64,000 nucleotides of DNA from contig OZ219802.1 of assembly GCA_964291655.2 (NCBI GenBank), positions 2,496,001 through 2,560,000 of the forward strand. The letters are read 5' to 3'. Position 1 is the stretch's first letter. Each line of letters starts with the position of its first letter. Origin of the DNA: Chloroflexota bacterium. Lineage in GTDB: Bacteria > Chloroflexota > UBA11872 > VXOZ01. Under the pieces are notes generated by a model. It was not told where the DNA came from. It was given only the letters and a program-made list of their open reading frames with translations, and did no database searches. Of the stretch, positions 30,619-40,114 are shown one piece after another. The translations under genes were made by a program, and so were the position numbers.

Positions 30619-30715
30619 AGAGATCCGAGTTCACTTTTCATTCGCTTGTGGGGGTTGCGCTTGTGGGACCTTGCCGCAATTCCCCACGGTCGCCAATGCA
30701 AAACAGCACTGCGCC

Positions 30716-31420
30716 CTAGCGCTGACGAAATATGCGCTCTAGCTCTATGCCGGTGAGACTACGAATACCTACCGCAGTATAGATGATGGCAATGGAAAGG
30801 ATGATAATTGCCGGCACAGAGATAACGGGAAAACTCAAGGCCGTCATCTTGCCCAGCTCTTCGTTGAATGCCGTAGTCCCCGGCTGACTTACCACCACAA
30901 GACGCGCCAGGATGTAATTCAAGACTGAGGAAAGAAAGAACGACGCCGCTACGATGTAGGTGGCATGTACCAGGCGCTTTTCGTAGGCTGCTCGTGTGCC
31001 GCGATCATCGAGGGCGGTGTCCACCGCCTCGCTATCGATGACCTGATTCAGCAGCATGGAGAGTAGTGAAAACCGGGTCTTGAGCGAACCAAGCACAGCA
31101 ATGCCGATGAGAAGCGGAATGGCCCCTTCTTTGACGGCAATCCACATGGGATCGAGTTTGAGCAGCCCAATGCCACCGGTGAGCAGAATGCCCACGATGC
31201 CCACAACTGGGAGAAAGTTGAAAGTGCGCCGCAGCGAAAAATCAAAAATCCCGTATGCCAGTGGGAAGGCCAGCGCGACCAATAGTCCGTTGACCGGGCC
31301 CAACCATTCATCATTGCTGAAGCGCATGAGAATGATAGCGGGAACCACGATATTCAGCAGCAGACTGAGCAAAGGATTCTCGCGTCTTGCAACCGTGTTG
31401 TTCTGTGCGGAGTCACTCAT
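30716..31420 (-). CDS. VC0807-family membrane protein
   Basis: RENPL..LLLNIVVP, LTGGIGLL.L, KE.AIP, FNEELGKMT.LS. Confidence 0.75.
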   Translation of the reverse strand: MSDSAQNNTVARRENPLLSLLLNIVVPAIILMRFSNDEWLGPVNGLLVALAFPLAYGIFDFSLRRTFNFLPVVGIVGILLTGGIGLLKLDPMWIAVKEGAIPLLIGIAVLGSLKTRFSLLSMLLNQVIDSEAVDTALDDRGTRAAYEKRLVHATYIVAASFFLSSVLNYILARLVVVSQPGTTAFNEELGKMTALSFPVISVPAIIILSIAIIYTAVGIRSLTGIELERIFRQR

Positions 31421-31726
31421 CGAAAGTTTGCCTTCTTCGTGCGGCTACAATTCTGACTTTGATTGTACAACGTAGGGGGTTTGGAGGGCACGCGACGAGG
31501 CGCACCGCAATCCATCGATAAGTCTAACGGGAACACAAGATTGGTGCTACGCCAATTGTGATGTCCGGCTGCGTCGTCCTTAGGAGGTGTATTTGAGAGT
31601 GTGGCAATTAGACCAGGGCGATGGTTTACGTGCTGGTTAGGCCAAGCACAGGATTTGACCCAAGGTGATTTAGTGTGTTCTGCTTGCTGTGCGTAGAAAA
31701 TCTGCCCGAGGAGTAGTGAATAATCC

Positions 31727-32701
31727 ATGGTGCGCCAATTGGCGAGAGTCTCGCTCAAGAGCGGGGAGCGGATGCATTGTCTGCTGATAGAAGAACCGGA
31801 GGCAAGCTGGGCCGAAGACGTGCAGCGTTTGCTTGTGCATAAGCGCGACCACGTGCACTGGCATATCGCGCGTGCTATTGAGGGGCCGCTCGATGAGCTG
31901 GAAACACGTTTCTACCTGGGTGTGGTCAATGGGGAGGCGGTTGGCAACATCATGACGGTAGAATACGACGGCATCGGTATACTTGGTCACGTGTTCACGA
32001 GTCCCGAGCAGCGGCGCAAAGGCATCGCGAGCCACATCATGGCAGCGCAAATGCGGGACTTCCAAGAGCGTGGCGGGCGGGTGCTCACTCTCGGGACGGG
32101 ATTTGATTCGCCGCCGTACTGGATATACCACAGCTATGGCTTTCGCAGCATCGTCGAAGATAGCGGTGCTATGTGGTACGTGAATAATTCGGAACAGGCG
32201 GAAAATTCCTGGCATGCCGCGATTGGCGAAACTGCTCCGGTCCGCTGGCGCCACTGGCCCCTGGTCAATCTTCTCTGCATCCAGCCCAACGGCGACCGCT
32301 TAAGGCACGCCGCGCGGCGCCTCTGGGGTCCACGCAACTTCGAAGGCGATTTCACGCAGTATCTGCGCGATTTGGAATCTGAGAGTCCAACCACAAGCGG
32401 GCGCGTGCTCGAGAACGAGTCCGGTCTCGTGGTGGGCTGGGTGAGCATGGAGGATGACCCGATCTGGGGCGGTGCGGCAGCGCTGCTCGATCTCATCATG
32501 CATCCCGCAGCCTGGCACGGGGCGGCCGATCTCCTGGCTGCTCTGCCTCTACCCGCAAAGCCGGTCTTCGCCTACGCCGATCACGATTCCCCGAAGAATG
32601 ACGTCCTCCAAGCGCATGGCTTCACCCAGCAGGCCTCCTGGCCGGACTGGCTTCCTGTGGGCGGCAGCAAATACGGCGTGAACTGCTGGCTGCGGCGGTG
32701 A
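31727..32701 (+). CDS. GNAT family N-acetyltransferase
   Basis: GHVFT.PEQRRKGIA motif A; Y...GF. Confidence 0.8.
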   Translation: MVRQLARVSLKSGERMHCLLIEEPEASWAEDVQRLLVHKRDHVHWHIARAIEGPLDELETRFYLGVVNGEAVGNIMTVEYDGIGILGHVFTSPEQRRKGIASHIMAAQMRDFQERGGRVLTLGTGFDSPPYWIYHSYGFRSIVEDSGAMWYVNNSEQAENSWHAAIGETAPVRWRHWPLVNLLCIQPNGDRLRHAARRLWGPRNFEGDFTQYLRDLESESPTTSGRVLENESGLVVGWVSMEDDPIWGGAAALLDLIMHPAAWHGAADLLAALPLPAKPVFAYADHDSPKNDVLQAHGFTQQASWPDWLPVGGSKYGVNCWLRR

Positions 32702-32913
32702 CATAACTGTAGCGCGCTAAGAGACTTTGACGAGCAGACCCTTGAGTGGCCTTGAGTCGCTCTCCGGGGAGGGTGTCTAGCCACACGCCGCAATCCAACT
32801 GCGAATTCCGACAATTGTCGCAATACTCTAATTATTGACAAACTGTGTTACTATGATTCTATGTTGTGTGAGGGCTGAGAGTGGGACCGCTTCGATAAAG
32901 TAGGGGGCAATAC

Positions 32914-34272
32914 GTGACACTCTCACGCCGAGCCTTGATGGCAGGTGCAGCGGCGCTTGGGGCCGGCTGTGGCCCTCTTGGTTCAGTCTTCTCGCCGCCG
33001 CCGCTTCCAAAGAGGGCCGAACTCACTTGGGTCTCACTGCCTTTTAGCGGGCTGTACGAACCGGCTGCGCGGGAGCAGAATTCCCTGGCTATGCTCCAGA
33101 GTGCCGTGGCGGCCCTGGAGGAAGACACTGGCAACCCCAACGGCCCGGCGCGCGGCAATTACCGTGTGACACCGATTGTCCTGGATAGCTGGGAGCCCTA
33201 TCCCGCGAGCTGGCGGCAACTCGTAGCATCGCTCGCCGACTTGGAAGTAGACCTCATATCTCTGCATGGGCCCATGGTGCGTGCACTGGCGGAGTTGGCA
33301 AAAACGGAATCCCCCGTGCTATTGCCACTCGACCGGTCCGTAGGATTTGACGATACGCTCTTGCTCCAGGAATTCTATCCGTACCTTCTCGATCCCTTCC
33401 GATATGAGGGCACACTCTACGCCCTGCCGGTGAACGCGATGCCACTCATGCTCTACTACGACGCGCGCTACTTCGCCGATGCCGGCGTGCCGCCAGTGGA
33501 TGCGAGCTGGACCTGGGATACCTTGGTTGAGAGCGCGATGGCGTTGACTGTCCGAGATGAAGATGGCGTGACAGCCCACTGGGGACTGGAGGCCCACCGC
33601 TACGGGCTGTGGTGGGCGTTGTGGCAGAATGAGGCGCTCTTTCACGACTTTGAGACGGGGGAGTGGCGCTTGCAAGAACCGGCCGCCAGCGAAGCCCTGC
33701 AATTCTACAGCGACCTGCTGCACTGCCAGCGCGTCGCACCGCCGCTTGTGAGAGAAGACGTGGCGAAACTATACACCGTTACAGCGAATTCGTGGCCCGC
33801 TATGTTCTACAGCCCCCGCCAGGACCTGTGGAACGGTGACTACCGCTGGGCGACGTTACCGCAAGGCAAGGTGCGCAGTGTTCCGGTGTTCAGCGACATG
33901 AGCATCGCGACCATGGACTGGACGGAGAATCTCGAACCCGCCTTAACGGCGCTCAAGGGGCTGGCAGGCATCATGCAGCAATTCGTGAGCGTGCCGGCTA
34001 AGAAAGATGCGGTCGACCGGCTTAGCTCGTATCGGCGCAACCTGCGTCCCCCGGAGGTCGCGGCAGTACAGGCGTCCATGGAACACGGTCGCACGCTGCC
34101 GCAAGGCGGTGCGGCGCCTGACGGGATGCCCGCGCTGGCGCAGGGGCTCATGCGGGGTGACGCGTCAACGCAGTTTACACACGCTGCGGCGCCTTGGTTG
34201 GATCGGATGGTGGAAGCTCTCATACGCGGCGAACGAGTTGGGACGGTTTCAAGCGGGAATTGTGCAAACTGA
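32914..34272 (+). CDS. Tat-exported family-1 solute-binding-like lipoprotein (paralog 1)
   Basis: SRRALM twin-Arg; lipobox GAGC; YALP, LYYD, P...WTWD. Confidence 0.8.
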   Translation: MTLSRRALMAGAAALGAGCGPLGSVFSPPPLPKRAELTWVSLPFSGLYEPAAREQNSLAMLQSAVAALEEDTGNPNGPARGNYRVTPIVLDSWEPYPASWRQLVASLADLEVDLISLHGPMVRALAELAKTESPVLLPLDRSVGFDDTLLLQEFYPYLLDPFRYEGTLYALPVNAMPLMLYYDARYFADAGVPPVDASWTWDTLVESAMALTVRDEDGVTAHWGLEAHRYGLWWALWQNEALFHDFETGEWRLQEPAASEALQFYSDLLHCQRVAPPLVREDVAKLYTVTANSWPAMFYSPRQDLWNGDYRWATLPQGKVRSVPVFSDMSIATMDWTENLEPALTALKGLAGIMQQFVSVPAKKDAVDRLSSYRRNLRPPEVAAVQASMEHGRTLPQGGAAPDGMPALAQGLMRGDASTQFTHAAAPWLDRMVEALIRGERVGTVSSGNCAN

Positions 34273-34386
34273 TCGTTGCAGTAAGTACGTCCTCCTTGGA
34301 GAAGATTCCTGATAAAACGGCTGGTTCATCGAGAATGGGGAAGGCCGAATTCAGAGTATTAAGGCAGCGGTGAAGGGAGCGAAACT

Positions 34387-35670
34387 ATGCTAACGCGCCG
34401 GGCATTAATGGCAAGCATGACGGTGCTGGCGGCCGGCTGCGGTGCTCTCGAGTCCTCGTTCTCCGTGCCGAGCCAACCTCAAGTAATTGATCTGACGTGG
34501 ATGTCAGAGGCGTATGGAGGATTCCGCGAACGGGGGTTCGAGCCGCACGGACTTGAGGAAACGCTCAAGCACATTGTGGCGGCGCTGGCAGAGGACTCCG
34601 AAAATCCGTATGGGCCCGTCAAGGCACGCTATACCCTGACATCTCGCTTCGTGCGCTCGGAAAATGCGGATCCGCCGCCGCAGAGTATGGATGATGTCAT
34701 CGCGTGGTATCGCGGCTTGGAGACCGACATTTTGTCCGTGCCGCCGCTTCTTGCGCAAATTCTGGGAGAGCGAGGCGTGATCCTGCCCCTCGACCAATTC
34801 ATGACAGCTGATGGTTCCGAGTCTACCGACGCCATTTACCCATACTTGCTTGGGCACTTTCGGTCGGAGGGCGGGCTCTTCGCTCTGCCGGTGGACGCGA
34901 GTCCAACTTTGATCCACTACGACCCGAAAGTCCTGTCCCAGGACGACGTGAGCAGGATTAACGAGGGTTGGCACTGGGACGACATGGTGGAGATTGCCGA
35001 GAAACTGACCGAGCGCAATGAAGATGGAGAGATTCAGCGTTGGGGTCTGATCACGCAGCACCAAGGCTACTGGTGGGCGTTGTGGCAGAACGCGGCGGAG
35101 TTGGCCGACCCAATCACGAAGCAGTGCCGGCTTTTGGAGCCGGCGGCCATTGAAGCGCTGCAATTCTGTTACGACTTGGTACACATGCATCAGGTCTCAC
35201 CGCCCGTGACGAGTTTCGACGCGTGGAATGTCTTCAATGCACACCCTTGGCCGCCGCTGTTCTTTTCCTCAGTGCAGGGCAATTGGAGTTCCGAGAGCCG
35301 CTGGGCACCCTCGCCGCGGGGCAGGCAGCGCAGTGTACCGGTGTTTGGAAACATGGGTATCGCCATTTCCACGAGGGCCCAGAACACAGAGGTAGCTTTT
35401 ACGGCCCTCAAGGGCCTTGCCGGTGTCATGCAACGTTTTGTGGAAGTGCCGGCGCAAAAGGAAGCGGTCGCCCGGCTGGGCGATTTTCGCAAGACGCTGC
35501 TCCCCGCGGAGATCACGGCCTTCCAGCAATCTATGGAACACGGACGTGCGATTCCCTTTGGCCGGGCCGAGTGGAGCGCCATGCAAGCCCTGGAGGAGGG
35601 CATTGTGCGGGGTGTTGACGTCCTTACCGTGGTCAACGAGGCCTGCTCCTCCTTGCAAGAGCATGGCTAA
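34387..35670 (+). CDS. Tat-exported family-1 solute-binding-like lipoprotein (paralog 2)
   Basis: TRRALM; LAAGC; FALPVD, W.WDD, WWALWQN. Confidence 0.8.
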   Translation: MLTRRALMASMTVLAAGCGALESSFSVPSQPQVIDLTWMSEAYGGFRERGFEPHGLEETLKHIVAALAEDSENPYGPVKARYTLTSRFVRSENADPPPQSMDDVIAWYRGLETDILSVPPLLAQILGERGVILPLDQFMTADGSESTDAIYPYLLGHFRSEGGLFALPVDASPTLIHYDPKVLSQDDVSRINEGWHWDDMVEIAEKLTERNEDGEIQRWGLITQHQGYWWALWQNAAELADPITKQCRLLEPAAIEALQFCYDLVHMHQVSPPVTSFDAWNVFNAHPWPPLFFSSVQGNWSSESRWAPSPRGRQRSVPVFGNMGIAISTRAQNTEVAFTALKGLAGVMQRFVEVPAQKEAVARLGDFRKTLLPAEITAFQQSMEHGRAIPFGRAEWSAMQALEEGIVRGVDVLTVVNEACSSLQEHG

Positions 35671-35879
35671 CCGGAGACGACGTGCAATCCGGTGGTGGAC
35701 GTGACAAATGACGATTTGCCCGTATGACCCACCTTGGCGGTGGAGACGAGGCAAGGGCTTGTATCCACGGCGCGGACATGCACGCCTAACAGCAAGATCC
35801 TTTGGTGGAGAGGCGGATTCAGCTACGATGGAGTCCGCCGAGTTTCGAGACTAACAAGCGGCACTGAAGGAGCGGAAAA

Positions 35880-37163
35880 TTGCTTACACGCCGAACATTG
35901 TTGGCAGGCGCAGCAGCGCTAGCGGCCGCCTGCGGCGCCCCCGGGTTTGCGACGTCGCTGCCGACCCGAAGTGGCGAGGGAGATCTCATCTGGGCATCCA
36001 CGTGGTTTAGCGAACTGCGTGTATCGACCGGTTTTGCCCGGCGTATGATCAATACGCTTGAAGCGGTAATGGCGGCATTGCAGGAGGACACGGAAAACCC
36101 CAATGGTCCCGCTAAAGGGGGCTACACCCTGAAGTCGGGCTTCGTTTCTCCAGAGCAAGCTAATCCCCGTCCCAGAAATCAGGATGAGTTTCTGGCGTGG
36201 TACAAGAGCCTCGATGCAGACCTATTCACCGTGAATCCGTTTTTGGCGCAAGAGCTGGGAGAGCAGGGCGTGCTGACGCCCTTGGACCAGTTCATCGCCG
36301 CCGATGAGGCGTCGCTCATCCAAGGGCACTTCCCGTACCTGGTCGACCAGTTTCGGTCGGCGAGCGGGCTGTTCGCGTTGCCGGTCGATGCAAACCCCTT
36401 GATGGTCCACTATGATCCTGAGTACTTCGCGGAGCGGGGCGTGCCGCCGGTGGACGACAGTTGGAGTTGGGATGACATTGTGGCGAACGCGGTCCAATTG
36501 ACGCAACGCAATGAAAGCGGCGACGTGCAGCGCTGGGGACTGTTCACGCAACATAGCGGATACTGGTGGGCGTTGTGGCAAAACGAGGCAGAGCTGGCCG
36601 ACCCGGCGACACTAAGGTGCCGGCTACAGGATGCGGCGGCCGCGGAGGCCCTGCACTTCTGCAGCGACCTGTTGCACACCCACCGCGTTTCCCCGCCTGC
36701 GAAGAATGTGTTGGAATGGCAAGTTTCTGAACCGGCGTCAAGTCTGTGGCCGGCAATGCTCTACCTGCCGCAGCAGCACTTCTCGCGAGCCGGCTATCGC
36801 TGGGCGGCGTTGCCACAGGGCAACGTGCGCAGCGTGCCCGTGGCCGGCAATATGGGCATTGCCATTGCCGCGCGATCACAGCACAAGGAGACGGCCTATA
36901 CGGCGCTCAAGGGTCTCGTCGACGTCATGCAGCCGCTCGCAAAAGTGCCCGCGCGGAAGGATGCGATCGCGCGCCTGAGTGATTTCGACGAGGACCTGCT
37001 CCCCGCAGAGATCGCGGCAATTCAGCAATCCATGGAGCATGGACGCGGTCTGCCCCCGAACCCCCGCATGCAGCGCGCCATGGATGCTATCGTGGAAGGC
37101 CTCGCGCAGGGCGATGACGTTGCCACGGTGGTGAGCGATGCTTGCTCGGCGCTGGAGGAATAG
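35880..37163 (+). CDS. Tat-exported family-1 solute-binding-like lipoprotein (paralog 3)
   Basis: TRRTLL; LAAAC; FALPVD, WSWDD, WWALWQN. Confidence 0.8.
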   Translation: MLTRRTLLAGAAALAAACGAPGFATSLPTRSGEGDLIWASTWFSELRVSTGFARRMINTLEAVMAALQEDTENPNGPAKGGYTLKSGFVSPEQANPRPRNQDEFLAWYKSLDADLFTVNPFLAQELGEQGVLTPLDQFIAADEASLIQGHFPYLVDQFRSASGLFALPVDANPLMVHYDPEYFAERGVPPVDDSWSWDDIVANAVQLTQRNESGDVQRWGLFTQHSGYWWALWQNEAELADPATLRCRLQDAAAAEALHFCSDLLHTHRVSPPAKNVLEWQVSEPASSLWPAMLYLPQQHFSRAGYRWAALPQGNVRSVPVAGNMGIAIAARSQHKETAYTALKGLVDVMQPLAKVPARKDAIARLSDFDEDLLPAEIAAIQQSMEHGRGLPPNPRMQRAMDAIVEGLAQGDDVATVVSDACSALEE

Positions 37164-37203
37164 CGGTGAATCTGAGAGCGGCCGGAAGGCAAGTTTGGCG
37201 GGC

Positions 37204-38115
37204 CTACCTGCGGAGAATCCTATAACTTTCGTCTGGCGGCCAATCGGAGATTCCAAGCTCTTCGTCCATTAGTGGCGCGGTAAACTCCGTCTCACACGCG
37301 TCTCGGTCTATAGCTCTGAGCGGCACACCCGCGCGCAGGAATTCCCCCGGCAGCCATATCGTGCCCTCCGTATCCCACGACCAGAGCATGGTGGATCCGG
37401 CCGCCGAACTGTAGCTAACGAATGGCGTGGTCAAGAGGCCCGTGAACGTCAGATGGACGCCGTCCCACTTCTCTCCGACTCGCTTCCAATCAGGTGACAG
37501 CGAGCCGGCTCCTGCCGGGCTGTTGCGGTCCTGATTGACGCTAGGAAACGATACACACAGCGCGTGCCAGTCGGCGGGACTGGAAATCTCAAGCACGCGG
37601 GCATTTTCGTCGATCTCTGCTGCGAATTTGCCATACTCTTTCGGCTCCATCCAGTCGCCGCTGCCGAACGCAATAACCGTATCGAGGCAGGAGAAATCGC
37701 CCATTAGAGTAGAGGTGATCCGCCACTCCACTGGGCGTTGCGCATATGCCTCCCAATGGGCAAGCGACTCGGGAGATGCCTTGTGGGAAGGTGGGTGTGG
37801 CGTTTCCTTGCTCACCAGGACCTGCCTGGTCCGGTCCAGCGGCACCCTCCACCAGCGGCTTGCCGGATGGCCTGCTACCGCGCGCGCCAAGCTTGTCAGG
37901 TCTGAGCCCCGTGCTAGGGCGGCATTCATGGCCCGGTCGAAACTCCCAGACCAGGGATTGAGCGCGTCCAAAGCTATGACGGCGCGCGCGAAGGCTTGCC
38001 GGGGCGTGACGGCGACTTCAACGGGAACCTGATCCCGCTCAATGGTCAGCAGAAAGGCGCAGCCCACCGGGCAGCGCAGCAGCCGGGCGACTAAGTCATC
38101 AGTGCGGGATTCCAT
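37204..38115 (-). CDS. Hypothetical protein (PDW...WDGVHLT...WD.E.T.WL motifs)
   Basis: 303-aa ORF with RBS AGGAG and a Trp-rich, conserved-looking C-terminal domain. Confidence 0.7.
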   Translation of the reverse strand: MESRTDDLVARLLRCPVGCAFLLTIERDQVPVEVAVTPRQAFARAVIALDALNPWSGSFDRAMNAALARGSDLTSLARAVAGHPASRWWRVPLDRTRQVLVSKETPHPPSHKASPESLAHWEAYAQRPVEWRITSTLMGDFSCLDTVIAFGSGDWMEPKEYGKFAAEIDENARVLEISSPADWHALCVSFPSVNQDRNSPAGAGSLSPDWKRVGEKWDGVHLTFTGLLTTPFVSYSSAAGSTMLWSWDTEGTIWLPGEFLRAGVPLRAIDRDACETEFTAPLMDEELGISDWPPDESYRILRR

Positions 38116-38194
38116 TGGAGACTATTCTCCTATTCCTAGGACCAGCCTGCGCTGCTGGATTCCACGGCGGGGCGCTCGATTCTGCGTGATTCTC

Positions 38195-38224
38195 TAGATT
38201 CCTCGCTGCGCTCGGAATGACATG
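38195..38224 (-). repeat. REP family E (CATGTCATTCCGAGCGCAGCGAGGAATCTA)
   Basis: Same unit occurs as an inverted pair at 51166-51195 / 51233-51262. Confidence 0.8.
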
Positions 38225-38329
38225 TAAAACCAGACCTCTCCGCGGGAAAGCGTGTGTTGTCACCGGACTTCCTGCCACATACAGGTATGAGAAGTAGTGT
38301 CGCAGGATCGTAACGAGTGTGAACACTGA

Positions 38330-39925
38330 TTACCCGCGTTCGGCGAAGACCGGCGCGAGCATGTTGTCCACCGGCGCGTAGCTGTCGGTGAGTATGACGG
38401 CGGGGCGGCTGTCCACGTACTCCCGTAGGCGTGCGGGGTCGAGTATCGTGCTCACCGGCCCATCCGGCAGCAATTCTCCCACAGTGGTATGCAGCGTTGC
38501 TTCTGTGAGCGGCTGCTTGCCGGCGACCAGCACAAAAGTATTGCGCCCCTCCTGTTCCCAGCCGGGACCTTCTGCCAGCAGATAGACGTGGGGGAACACC
38601 TGCTCCAGGGTCAGAATCAGCGATGGCAGAAAGACCCCGTGCTCGAAGGTGTCCACCACGTTTAGCATGTAGTACCCGTCGGGGGTCAGGAGATCATGCA
38701 CAATCTCTGCGAACTCCCGCGTCGTCAAATGGTAGGGCACAGAGAGGTCGTTAAAGGCATCGCCGATGATGGCGTGGTATTGCTCGGGTTCCAAGCGCTT
38801 CACCACCAAGCGAGCATCTTCGTTGTACGTGATGACGCTCGTATCGCGGGGGAGTCCCATCCTCGCATGCGCGATTTCGGTAACCGCCGGATCGATCTCC
38901 GCCACCTCGATCACAGCATCGGGATAGACCACTTCCAAGTAGCGGGGGAAGGTGTACCCGCCACCGCCAATGGAGAAGGTACGTATGTCTGTGCGGTCAC
39001 CGGCGATGAATTTCACAAGTTCCGCATATATCTTGACATAATCGTAGTCTAAGCGCGTGGGGTCTTCCAGGATGCTGTAGCTGTGGATGAGGTGGTCGAG
39101 CACGAGGCGGCGCTGGGTGACGTTTTCTTCGATTTTCTTTTCGGTGACGCGGATGCAGAAGTAGTTAGTCTCCACGTGGCAGGGGGCGGCGAAGGCGCCG
39201 CGGGGTTGCAGCGTAATGGCGTCCTGCGCCATTTGCCGGACGTAGTTCCAGCCGAAGGGCAGACGGTAGGCTTCGCGGCCATAGCTGTAAATGCTCAGCC
39301 CGATGAGGAGCAGGACCCCGCCCCCAAGGAGCAGGCGGCGGTTCCATAGGTTGCCGAAAATCACTGCCACGAGCAGGAGCAGCAATGCTACCAGCAAGAT
39401 GATTGTGCGCGTGCCGAACCACGACACCAGGAAGAATCCGGTGGCAAATGTTCCGGCAATGGCCCCAACCGTGGAGAGGGCATAGATGCGTCCCACGACG
39501 CCGCCGGTGCGGCTGAGGTCTTCCAACGTGAGCTTAACGACGACCGGTGTGATGGTGCCCATGAACACGCTGGGCAAGAAGAAGACGACGGCAGTGAAGA
39601 AGAGAATCTTCAGCATAAGGTGCACGGGAAGATCTTGCGCGATGCCGGAGATTATGGCTGTCAGGGGCAGGATGGTCAGCGTAAGGATACTGGAGAGGAG
39701 AAAGAGCGCGCCCAGCGTAGAGACCGCTGGAAAGCGATCGCCGATGCGCCCACCCAAGTAATTCCCGAGGCTGATGCCCGCCAGCATTACGCCAATGACG
39801 CTGGTCCAGGTGTACAGTGAGACGCCCAGGTAGGGGGCAACCATGCGCCCCGCGGTTAGCTCGACGACCAGAGTACAGAAACTCGCTATGAAAACTATGG
39901 TGCCCGCTCGCCAAGTTCCGCGCAT
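38330..39925 (-). CDS. Fused MFS-like membrane domain / spermidine synthase-like methyltransferase
   Basis: PYLG.SLYTW, GRIYALST.G..GTF; IGGGG, EIDP.V, DAR, DAF, LTD..APV. Confidence 0.9.
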   Translation of the reverse strand: MRGTWRAGTIVFIASFCTLVVELTAGRMVAPYLGVSLYTWTSVIGVMLAGISLGNYLGGRIGDRFPAVSTLGALFLLSSILTLTILPLTAIISGIAQDLPVHLMLKILFFTAVVFFLPSVFMGTITPVVVKLTLEDLSRTGGVVGRIYALSTVGAIAGTFATGFFLVSWFGTRTIILLVALLLLLVAVIFGNLWNRRLLLGGGVLLLIGLSIYSYGREAYRLPFGWNYVRQMAQDAITLQPRGAFAAPCHVETNYFCIRVTEKKIEENVTQRRLVLDHLIHSYSILEDPTRLDYDYVKIYAELVKFIAGDRTDIRTFSIGGGGYTFPRYLEVVYPDAVIEVAEIDPAVTEIAHARMGLPRDTSVITYNEDARLVVKRLEPEQYHAIIGDAFNDLSVPYHLTTREFAEIVHDLLTPDGYYMLNVVDTFEHGVFLPSLILTLEQVFPHVYLLAEGPGWEQEGRNTFVLVAGKQPLTEATLHTTVGELLPDGPVSTILDPARLREYVDSRPAVILTDSYAPVDNMLAPVFAERG

Positions 39926-40114
39926 AGGGTTGCCCTTTCGTAGCAGTGCTCGGTAATTTAATTGCTGGGTCTTGAGTGCGCCGCCGCCCGGCGTACTACC
40001 TAATTGCAGTCGGTATCGTTTCTATTGTAGCTGTCACCTTGCCTAGCTCGCATCCTTTAAGGCGCTCCGCTAGACTATGATGAAAAGCACGAAGAGAGAT
40101 AGGAATTCCGCGAT

